Assembly (NCBI GenBank): GCA_964035545.1
Contig: CAXIUT010000103.1
Span: 620,001-684,000 of the forward strand
Reading direction: 5' to 3'
Length of the DNA: 64,000 nucleotides
DNA from: Bugula neritina
Taxonomy: Eukaryota > Animalia > Bryozoa
Shown: piece by piece, positions 24,510 through 35,600 of the stretch
How the letters are laid out: each line of letters starts with the position of its first letter
How positions within the stretch are numbered: the stretch's first letter is position 1
Made by a program: the position numbers and the translations under genes
The notes under the pieces: model-generated
Told to the model about the DNA's origin: nothing
The model's database searches: none
What the model saw: the letters and a program-made list of their open reading frames with translations, nothing else

Positions 24510-26399
24510 GTAACAAAATATATGCCTTTCAACTTTAAAGTTTTTTTAAGCTTGCATTAATCTTATTCAAGATAGTATCTGTCCAAGCATTTAACAGCAC
24601 ATTGTATAAGGTTTTGCAAATGTTATTTAACTTTGTTTACTACTTGTTTTTTGCTATTTTCAACAACTCGAACATGCCGCCAGTTTTTGTAATTTTCAAA
24701 CAAGAAATTTCACAAACTCCATCAAATTGATTCAAATAGATGTTATATGCACTATGCAGTTACAAAAGAATATTTTATTAACTAATTATGAGTCATAGTG
24801 TGTTGTAAAAATCTAAAACTTAACTATGTATTATTATGTCTCGTAAGACTATTTTTCAAAAAATTCCAAAGGGTTTTATTTATATATAACTCAAAGCCTG
24901 CAAAGTTTTTTTTTGTCCAAAGTTCTTATTGTGACAATTAAAAGTCACATCATAGTTTTTATTCTGTTGAATTACTTCATCACCCTTCGAAATTATTTCT
25001 TTCACTATGATTATTATAGTTGCTACCTATGATTACCTAATTCAACATATATTCTTATTGTTATCAATTTTTTTTCATAACTGTCTTAATTCCATTTTCA
25101 AAAACGTATTTAAAAATGATATTAGCAAGTTGAATAGTTAGTTAAATGTGGCTTCAGATGCCATACGTGCATACATTGTCACTTTTTACATAGGCAATCA
25201 TTGTATTTCCTAAATTAATTATTTCTTTTTAGTTTAAAATGAACTACTCGATGGCTGTTGTGGTGAAGCTGAAAAATGCTGACATAGAAGATGTAATGGA
25301 AAGACTTTGTTTTGCTTGTCCAGGTAAATCATTTGTACAAAATTAAAAGTCTATTATGATAACAGATGATCTAAAAATAAATTGCATATCTTAAGGCTTA
25401 GTGGTAATATAATATACTTTGAGCACAAATTTAAATGATTAAAAAGCCCTGCATTGCTTACCTAGTATATTATCTCTTTACACATATTAGAAAAAGAAGT
25501 CATCATAATTTTTTTACTACAGAACATAGTCAAATTATTACATTTACTTTTACATGAATAATCAGTTTCTCAGTTTTTTTCTTTATCTTCATGAACAAGC
25601 ATTAACTTTGAAGACCTAAAAATAATGCACACAATTTTGAGGTATTTTTCTTCTTAAGTGTTTAAAATGTTTGACAGTTGGAAGAATATTTGGACATGAT
25701 GTCAGTATGTTTCCTAGTTTTTCATATGGTTGAACTTGATTTTTGTCATTCTCCTATACTCCTCAAGTGTGGAGTCCTGAATGTACACTTTTACTACGCT
25801 ATTGTTCAGGGTTGTTTTAATTTTACTCTGTTACTTTACTATATTTTAATCAACAAACCCCTAATTTATATTGATGGTATTTATGGTTATATTTTAGTCA
25901 AGCTGACCTAACACTTGTTCAGTTCAGGCTCATCAATGTATGTTTGGTTTAGAAAATTAAACTGCAATGTGAAGTATTCAGACTAGTTACTTAACTAAAA
26001 AATGCACTAAATGCAAGGAAATATTATGTTAATATTTGTTACCATAGTTCATTTCAAACTCATACATGTGATCAACAAAATACTTCATTTTGTTTTGCAG
26101 TGTAATCAAGATGAAATTATGAATGATGAAATTATGGATGGCAGCCAATTTATTTTGACTATCAGACAAGGACTACAGTTTTTATGGTAATTTCAATTTT
26201 TGAATATATCTCTTATATTATACATAAAATGTTCACCTTCTGCTTTAATTTGCAGCCAGGTTTTACTCATGGCTGCTGTATTCAAGTCACCTCATCACAC
26301 AGCCAATCTACAAGACTGTCATAAAAGTTGCTATTATATTTTTTCACCAATTAATTAAAAGAAATAGAACTTCGGCTTCACAAGTGGTGTCACTCTCAT

Positions 26400-26679
26400 A
26401 CTCATTGTTTTACTTAATTTTGCCATCCTCCTATTCTTCACTGTATTCTTTTAGGTCGCAGTGTTCTGCACTAATCTATGATCTCTTTTGATTTTTAACC
26501 CCCATGTTTAAATGTTTTGGTCTTGCTCCCTTTCTCTGGAGTTTCACACTGATGTAGCTGATTCCCTTCTTGTTTTATTGTTCTCTGCTGCATAGGTGCC
26601 CATATTATTCCAGCCTTCTCTTTCCCACAAATATAGTTACTGCATTTACTGCCGCCCTGTCTCAGATCCCTTCATTTCT
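26400..26679 (-). mobile_element. RTE-clade LINE 3' fragment (degenerate)
   Basis: The minus strand reads RNEGI*DRAAVNAVTIFVGKRRLE*YGHLCSRE, matching RNE.IR.R..V.......RRL.WYGH..R. It abuts the MITE at 26680. Confidence 0.6.
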
Positions 26680-27184
26680 GGGAACGAAGCAATATTCCGA
26701 AGGCCCATTGCTCCGAAGGTCCATTAGTCCGAAAATTAGTACACACAGGCATCCTCACTGAGAATATCATTAATATCACTCACAATTCAGTTTAAGTTCT
26801 TGCTATATTATTGATCTGTGGGTGGCATGCGTGTTGCCTATTTGTGATTGTTTAGCCTGAGATTACACTATGATCAATAAGGGCTGTATCGTTTATCAAC
26901 ATTCCATTATGGCTGCTCCATAAACAAAGTACACACCAAGCTATTCATTAGCCTGTCACCTCGCAAGCCTGTAATTAATAATGTACCGTACGCATAATCA
27001 TGTTGATAGATGATGTAGCAAGTAGGCAACACACATGCCACCCACAGAGCAATAACATAGCTAGAACTTAAACTGAATTGTGAGTGAAATTAATGATATT
27101 CTCATTGAGGATGCCTGTGTGTACTAATTTTCGGACTAATGGACCTTCGGAGCAATGGGCATTCAGAATATTGACTAGTTACCC
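26680..27184. mobile_element. MITE / fold-back element (~505 bp) with ~165-bp terminal inverted repeats
   Basis: 26680-26844 is the near-perfect reverse complement of ~27020-27184. Ends are GGG...CCC. The arms contain ~15-16-bp TCCGAAGG(T/C)CCATT subrepeats. No coding capacity; TSD not clear. Confidence 0.88.
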
Positions 27185-28169
27185 TCATTGCTTATGTAGC
27201 ACAACTCATCTCCATGAAACCTAATTGATCCTCTAGGTACTAAGAACTAGGGGCTGTCTGCAGTCATAATTTATTGCCAAAAGACATTGTCAGTCAAATG
27301 CACATTTTATATCAGCATTTTCAATTTTGTTGGCGTCTTCTTGATGGAGCCTTACCCTATTTCTTTTTCTACCCCTGTTTTGCATACTCTGTTGCTATGT
27401 GTCACTTCAATGAAACCATCGCCTCAACTTATTTAGTTTGACTGTTGAAATATATTTTGCTTTTACAGGTCTAAAAGAAAGTGGCCATTTGAGTTTAAGT
27501 GCAGCTTCACTATTGACAAGAACATCTACGTTAGAGAAGAAAAGCATCTAGCTATATAATCAAGATGATTTGCATCCTGATTGTTACGATACCGCATGGT
27601 TCTGTTGTCATACTATTGTTCTTTCATACCTTTGTACTTTTTATTGTAAAGAGCTAGGCTTGAGCTCTGTAATAGGCAAGCCTACAATATATATTGACTG
27701 ACAACAAATATGTCATCTCTCTCCCACATAATCGCAAGGAGTTACATTCTAGTATTGGTTCTAAAAACTCACACCTTAGTAATTAGATGCATAGCACAAA
27801 GTCTTAGCAATAGGGAGTATTGGTAAATTTTCCACATGAGTGGTGAGGAAATAACACTAACTTGAGACCTTTCTAAAACTCAACATTGCATTGCAAATAA
27901 GCTATACTTATTGTGCTTTATTCAGTGCTAGCTGGTATTTTTCAGACTGTTGGCCACAGCAAAGTATTTTGCCTTTTTTTGTACACATAGCCTAATGGTT
28001 GATTTAAGAAAATTGGAAGCTGCAGCCTACATGCACTGCAATTCATCATTCTCATTCCGAAATGGATTTCTCATCACCTCATGGAACTAATTACATAACG
28101 AAGGACACCACAACTGATGAGTTACTGCAACTACAAATTCACAAAATGCTCAGTCATAGAAGCGAAGTA

Positions 28170-28330
28170 CACTGCGTTTCCATTATCGCATTATGCGAAT
28201 GGATTTTTTCATTCGGCTAATGGGAACAGTTACATCCGATGAAACGCAACTATAAGTTAATGCAAACCACAAACCGCAAATAATCCGTACAGAATTCATT
28301 CGCATTATGCGAAGTCATGGAAACGCAGTG
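28170..28330. mobile_element. Small MITE (161 bp)
   Basis: Perfect 14-bp TIR CACTGCGTTTCCAT...ATGGAAACGCAGTG, extending imperfectly to ~35 bp. The quasi-palindrome TCGCATTATGCGAA occurs in both arms. Confidence 0.8.
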
Positions 28331-30326
28331 ATAAAGAAGTCAATGTCAGCCCTGGTGAATATTTACCTAAAAGGCAACAAACAAATTTTACTGCACCATT
28401 TCAACAAGTTAAGATATAAAACGCCTATTCTTTTAATTTGATTGTTCAGCTTGGTTTTATTTTTAGATTGTACCAGCTGGTGCAATAAAAATATATTTGG
28501 AAAGGCTTCAGTTTTATAGAGGAAAAGCAGTGAAATAACTTTCGTTTTACCATGCACCCCTAATCAACGCTCTTGTAGTTTAAGAGCTTAGGTTAATAAA
28601 GTTTCTCAGCTAATTAATCCCACCTGCACACATTTTTACACATAATTATCAGTCGTCTCAGCACCATGCAATAGTTAGATTAAAAGGGTCATTTATTGAC
28701 AATTAAAAGCCATAGTTAGCAGAGTAGTTAAAAGCCTTTTTTCAATAATAAGTTTTTGGTTGCATTTTTCAAGTTATTCTTTCATTGTAAATTAAGATAA
28801 AAACAAAAACTGCAGGGCTTACCTACAGCCAAGTAGAGAAATTATATTCAATATGCTGTCAAAGGCAAACAAACTATATGAACTATTATAATATGATATT
28901 AACTATGCACATGTGCTATGCTTCTATTTATTTTTGAATTGTGGCTCAGATATGCTAAATACTCGAACTGCGGTTACTTCTTTTTCTGTTCAGCTGTATA
29001 AGTCAATAGGTAGTATTTTAGGATTGAAGTTTTTTCTTAAATAGAATTTCTATAGGGTAGTCTTTAGTATAAATTCTTTGTCTGCTAAAATCTATGAGCA
29101 AAATAATATTTATAGTACTCTGTTTTGAAAGAATAGCACACCATTTGGTACAGGAATTTGGCCCCTATAAAAATGCAAGTGTTGGTGATGGAAGTAGTAA
29201 ACGAATTGCTACTGCAAGTGTAGAGTAGTGTGACTTTCAGCCATGACAGAACGTACTTCAGAGCATAATGACATAGCATAACGTCAATAGTTGTGCATTA
29301 CACGGTTTAGTTGCCTGCTGGCCCGTTTGTAACACATTCTGTTAGTGCAAATAAGTGGTAATCCAGTAGGCCTAATGGAACTGCATTCGTGAACTATTTA
29401 TAGTTAACATATTATGTCAACCACAATATCATTACCCTTTGACCATCTTTGTTTTCCATATGCCTATTGTGAACTGCATAATGTTAGCCAACATGTTTTG
29501 TAAGCTTATCAGTTTAGCTATAGCTATATAAATGCTTGTAAGCTTGCTCGCACCTGGCAATACCATGGTAGGCCAACTGCTAGGACCATGACTAGTGCAG
29601 CCACAATTAATATAACCAACCAGCTTTCACTGTAGTGTGGCCATATGTTTGGCTTTGTTAATATTTTGTCAGAGTGCAAGTCTCAACTGATGCCATAAAT
29701 TGCAATGTGAAAACTATCATGAATCAAGTAATATGTTGGTAAAGATATGCAAAAATGTATAACAAGTCACAAAGTTATCTCAAAACAATCAGGGTTTCAA
29801 ATTTCATCACTGATGGCCATAGCTCAAGCAAGTTGAATATCATTGCAACAAAAAGGAAGCAACTTATTTTCTCCAAAAAATTTGTTATTGTAAAAATAAG
29901 TAAAATTAATTTAATTTTTAAAATTTACCTCTAATATTAGTTTAGATCTTTTCATGATTTGCGGACGTAAACCTAAAATTAAGGCTGCATGCATGTTTTC
30001 TCAAACCAAAGTGTGTTTACCTATAAAAGATAATTTGACTTGTCAATCTATTACCTAGGTCCTAGTACATCAGTGTATATTTATATACCATAGCTCTGAC
30101 CGCTGGCTGTGCCTTAGTAATAATATACAAACTACAGTTTATTTTTAACCGTTGGTTTATTTAATCAAGATACCTTTGCAAGTAGCAACAGAGTCATAGG
30201 CCAATTTTAAAACAAGATGGCAATCCACTGCTAGTAAACACCCTGATGGAATATAACCCACTCATTTTTCTAGCTGTTGTTTATATCATTATAGTATAAT
30301 CCCTTATGTATTGGCATTCTTCCTAA

Positions 30327-30411
30327 GGTGATGCATTGGCTTCGTGGTAAACCGCGTTTCCTTTGCACTCATTGGGTATGGGTTCAATCCTCGCAGTTAG
30401 CTAAATTTTTT
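30327..30411 (+). mobile_element. tRNA-derived SINE head or tRNA pseudogene
   Basis: A-box-like TGGCTTCGTGG (30337-30347) and B-box GGTTCAATCC (30381-30390) at tRNA-like spacing, followed by a T-run at 30406-30411. No clean cloverleaf. Confidence 0.55.
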
Positions 30412-30834
30412 GCAATCTTGCATTCTTGTCAAATACTTCCACTAAATTATTTTTACTAATTTTACACATTGATATGTGTAATAATAGTGATGGGTCAAAT
30501 ATGACTATAGTTGTAGAATTTCTTTCACTTTTTAAATAACACTCAACAGGTGGACAGTGTATATAGTACATACATATTAGTTAGATACTGAACACTGGGC
30601 TAAATATAGGGTTTAGTTATTAAGTAAATATTGATAGTTGGTGCAATAATGGAGAAATTAAGTTATGTACATGTTCTTGTGATTACATTTTTATTAACCC
30701 GCACCCCACGCTAAAATTTGTTATCCAGATGAAGAAGGTTAAGCTATCAAAGCTTTTAAATTACTGCACAGAAGTGTAAAAATAGCAGCCTATTTCTTCT
30801 TGTTATATAGTGAAATGACATTCATTATGTATAT

Positions 30835-30837
<3 letters not shown>

Positions 30838-30902
<65 letters not shown>
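30838..30902. repeat. (TA)n microsatellite, ~32 units
   Basis: Directly visible. Confidence 0.98.
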
Positions 30903-30905
<3 letters not shown>

Positions 30906-32648
30906 AATTCTGTTACATCATATTTTAGCTTTAAAACAAGCATGTTATGTCCATTTGTTTATCACACCCCTGCAGTAAATATGTCAAAAATTCCTTACTT
31001 TTGCTACCTAAAATTTTTTTTAAAATATAAGCAGCTACATAGAGCATTTTTTCAAGTTAGAAAATATGTATATATATTTTTAACTACGTTTTAAAAGGAA
31101 TACAAATATGTAAACCCCAAAGCAGTGATTGTCTTCTTTCAATGCCATATTTTTGATGACACCAAGAAAGAAGGTGATAATGCAACTCCTAAGAGCATGT
31201 GCACTATGTCGCTCCTCTCATGTCTGAGAGTATACCATTTGTATTAATGTATGAAGTCTTCAACATATATTTCAACTTATTTTTGCAAGTAACTCATGAC
31301 AGTAAACTATATGCTTGCTTTTCTTCATGTGTGTGTGCATGTGTGAGTGTGTGTGTAAAAATGCAGCACTCATAATAGTTGCTATTTTATGAACAGCTTA
31401 CTATAGCTACAGTTATATGTAATTGCATGGGAATGTTGCAAGTGTTTGCTAAAAGATGGTATATATAAAACATGTCGACGAATTTGTTGTAGAAAAATTT
31501 AAATAATTACTTAGCATTTAGCAATAAAATTGTTCATGTACAAATCAGAAACACCAAGTTGTATGCATATATTTCAAATAGTATGCATGAATTTGCAAAA
31601 AAAACTAGAACTTATACTTTCACTATGAGTATATGTTTTATATATGTGCTCATTTTGTATATACTGCACAATATGTTATTTACAATGTTAAACCAAAATA
31701 ATCAGAACTCAATATAGTGTAATACAGGCACATCTAAAATGTTAACAAATATAACATTAAAAACAAGAAACAAAATTGTTGGTATCTTTTACTTAATTTT
31801 TTACAAGCAAAAAATTATTCTTGCCGCAAACTAAATTTAAATGCTGAGGTTCGTAAAGTTATATGTTTGTTAAATTATTTTGCATTTGTTTATATTCTAC
31901 AAATAATTTCTACATCTTTTATATAATTGCGATATTTCTTTTCGTCTACTACATGCAGCTCATTATATGCATATGTAGGCTATATACAATGCAGCATAAA
32001 ATTTTATAATACTAAGCAAAAAATGCTATGAAAATAAAAACATTTTACAAAATGATATTATATTATGGTAGCAATAAAGTTGTAATAGACTATTATTTAA
32101 TGAGAAGACAATTATGTCTTTATAATGAAGATTGATAAATTTATAATATGAGCTGAAATTGAGTGAGAAGACAATTATGCTTTCAAAATACTTACAAGAC
32201 TAAATTCTTATCTAATAGCTACAGTAATTAATATCCTTTGTTTAGAACAAAGTCTCAAAGGAGCGGATTTAAATAAAAATTCAGACCTGCATTTGTTAAA
32301 GCTTTTCAATCAAAATTATTACATTATATTATTCTTTCTCATAACTCCTAGCTTCTTAAACCTTTTGCATGAAAAAATTGATTTAGAATGCAAATTACTG
32401 CTAGAAATTGCCGTGTTTTAATGTCAACCCTAACTGTATCCACCACTTGTTTTAGTTGTTACGATCGTTGCCTAACCAATGAAGTTGAACTGGTTGTACC
32501 TCCAGCCAATCAATTACTTATTTCAATTGCGCCTCATTAGGCTAGGATCGTTGACGAAATCTATATAATGTAATACAAATCCCATTACCACTGATTGACC
32601 CGAAGTTCTCTACGACTTCTATAGTGGTATAGGATAATAGATATACTG

Positions 32649-32656
32649 GGAAATAC
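32649..32656 (+). repeat. Target-site duplication, right copy (GGAAATAC)
   Basis: The junction reads ...GATATACTG|GGAAATAC|CATTGATGCTGG, and the satellite continues in register. Confidence 0.92.
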
Positions 32657-35600
32657 CATTGATGCTGGAAGACCTTTGCATTGTACACCCGCTTTTACTA
32701 TTGAATTTAGATGTTTTATTTTCCCATCCCCTCTCCTGCCCCCCCTGTCCCCTCTAACAACCAGCAATCCTGACTCATGTGAATTGTGTTATTGTTCTAG
32801 AGTTGGCCCATGGGCCTACAGTATACGATTTGAAGCTTTATAGTTTACAGGCAGTGGAGATGAGTCACTGCTAAAACCCATTTTGTTAGTAGACTATTTT
32901 GCTCTTCAATCATCAGTTTTCATATTAAAAGAGAAAGCTCATCTGCAGCGCCATTTCACAGTGTTTTATTTTGCTAGAGCAATAACTAATTTTAGATGCC
33001 TTTGCAAACATATGAGAAATAAATGAGTGATTCTATGAAAAGAGGTGTTTGCAGCAATTGTCCACTTTTGATTTACAAGCGGCATGGAAACTTTTGTAGT
33101 TTTAAATAATATCTCCAAACTCATCACTTGCATGTGTTTATAGACTTGATAAATTTTTTTATGCAAAACTTGATGCCTGCTTCAAAGACACCAGTGCTTA
33201 ATTACTGTGTTAACTGTATTGGCACGTTGCCATGAGATATTTGGTAATATTTCGCATCACAACAAACTCTTCAGAAAGTTAAGAAAATCAGTCTAGAAAG
33301 TTAATGAAATAAACCTACCAGAAAGAGTAAGCCAGATGTAACAAGTAGATCCAAAACAAGTTGATTAACAATTGAAGTTGAAATCTCCATGTAGTCAACA
33401 CTTTAGTCCTAATGTCAAATGCAAACGTCTGCAATCAAACTGTGTAGACTTCATGAGCTGGTTAGCTGAAAGGACTCATTAAAGTTCTTAACTCTTGTGT
33501 GTATAGTGATGCCCATCTTGAACTAGAGAGGGCTGACTGAAGACTGCTACTTTGTGAAAATTGACAATGCATATTATTATTATTCATTGTTGAGATTCAC
33601 GACTGCCATAAACAATGATAAAATATTCATTGTTGGTACTACTGAGTAGAATAAAATATAATATAATATTATTTTCTGGACAAATAAATAATATCAAATG
33701 CATATTATAATTTACCATAAATCTACAGTGCTTCACATCTTCACTTTTTTCTGCAATGTTATTTCTTTGCAGTTAGAAGTACTAGTTGAAAATATGACTA
33801 TGAAACATAACCCTTCAATTTCATTGCACCAGCACCAGTTGCAAGATAGGTGTGTTGGGCGTTATCTTTCCCAAAATTTTGTTCTTTGTGTTTATACGAA
33901 GCAGACACAGGCTAATATTAGTTTTGTTATTTGCAAGAGTTTTTCTGTCTGATTGTCCATCAGCAAAAGTTTGGCCTTGCAGTTATTATGGAAATACCAG
34001 TGATGCTGGAAGACCTTTGCATTGTACACCCGCTTTTACTATTGAATTTAGATGTTTTATTTTCCCATCCCCTCTCCTGCCCCCCCTGTCCCCTCTAACA
34101 ACCAGCAATCCTGACTCATGTGAATTGTGTTATTGTTCTAGAGTTGGCCCATGGGCCTACAGTATACGATTTGAAGCTTTATAGTTTACAGGCAGTGGAG
34201 ATGAGTCACTGCTAAAACCCATTTTGTTAGTAGACTATATTGCTCTTCAATCATCAGTTTTCATATTAAAAGAGAAAGCTCATCTGCAGCGCCATTTCAC
34301 AGTGTTTTATTTTGCTAGAGCAATAACTAATTTTAGATGCCTTTGCAAACATATGAGAAATAAATGAGTCATTCTATGAAAAGAGGTGTTTGCAGCAATT
34401 GTCCACTTTTGATTTACAAGCGGCATGGAAACTTTTGTAGTTTTAAATAATATCTCCAAACTCATCACTTGCATGTGTTTATAGACTTGATAAATTTTTT
34501 TATGCAAAACTTGATGCCTGCTTCAAAGACACCAGTGCTTAATTACTGTGTTAACTGTATTGGCACGTTGCCATGAGATATTTGGTAATATTTCGCATCA
34601 CAACAAACTCTTCAGAAAGTTAAGAAAATCAGTCTAGAAAGTTAATGAAATAAACCTACCAGAAAGAGTAAGCCAGATGTAATAAGTAGATCCAAAACAA
34701 GTTGATTAACAATTGAAGTTGAAATCTCCATGTAGTCAACACTTTAGTCCTAATGTCAAATGCAAACGTCTGCAATCAAACTGTGTAGACTTCATGAGCT
34801 GGTTAGCTGAAAGGACTCATTAAAGTTCTTAACTCTTGTGTGTATAGTGATGCCCATCTTGAACTAGAGAGGGCTGACTGAAGACTGCTACTTTGTGAAA
34901 ATTGACAATGCATATTATTATTATTCATTGTTGAGATTCACGACTGCCATAAACAATGATAAAATATTCATTGTTGGTAGTACTGAGTAGAATAAAATAT
35001 AATATAATAGTATTTTCTGGACAAATAAATAATATCAAATGCATATTATAACTTACCATAAATCTACTGTGCTTCACATCTTCACCTTTTTCTGCAATGT
35101 TATTTCTTTGCAGTTAGAAGTACTAGTTGAAAATATGACTATGAAACATAACCCTTCAATTTCATTGCACCAGCACCAGTTGCAAGATAGGTGTGTTGGG
35201 AGTTATCTTTCCCAAAATTTTGTTCTTGGTGTTTATACGAAGCAGACACAGGCTAATATTAGTTTTGTTATTTGTAAGAGTTTTTCTGTCTGATTGTCCA
35301 TCAGCAAAAGTTTGGCCTTGCAGTTATTATGGAAATACCATTGATGCTGGAAGACCTTTGCATTGTACACCCGCTTTTACTATTGAATTTAGATGTTTTA
35401 TTTTCCCATCCCCTCTCCTGCCCCCCCTGTCCCCTCTAACAACCAGCAATCCTGACTCATGTGAATTGTGTTATTGTTCTAGAGTTGGCCCATGGGCCTA
35501 CAGTATACGATTTGAAGCTTTATAGTTTACAGGCAGTGGAGATGAGTCACTGCTAAAACCCATTTTGTTAGTAGACTATTTTGCTCTTCAATCATCAGTT

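Larger units (their letters stand above)
15623..32648 (+). mobile_element. 17,026-bp DNA transposon insertion, Zisupton/KDZ-like, non-autonomous (degenerate transposase)
   Basis: 8-bp TSD GGAAATAC at 15615-15622 and 32649-32656. Termini are CAGTGCATC and GATATACTG (reverse complement CAGTATATC, 7/9 match). Internal exons carry KDZ transposase motifs at 23644-23769 and 24392-24509. Confidence 0.85.

Noticed and set aside
30327-30411. Functional tRNA gene
   Set aside because: A and B boxes are present, but the acceptor and anticodon stems do not pair convincingly.
15623-32648. hAT or P-element classification (8-bp TSD, CAG terminus)
   Set aside because: The ends alone are compatible, but I found no hAT or P transposase motifs, whereas KDZ motifs are present. 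Not fully excluded if the KDZ piece is only cargo of a hAT-type element.
15623-32648. Polinton/Maverick, endogenous virus or LTR element (suggested by size)
   Set aside because: No long TIRs, LTRs, 6-bp TSD or long ORFs for polB, integrase, capsid or gag-pol.
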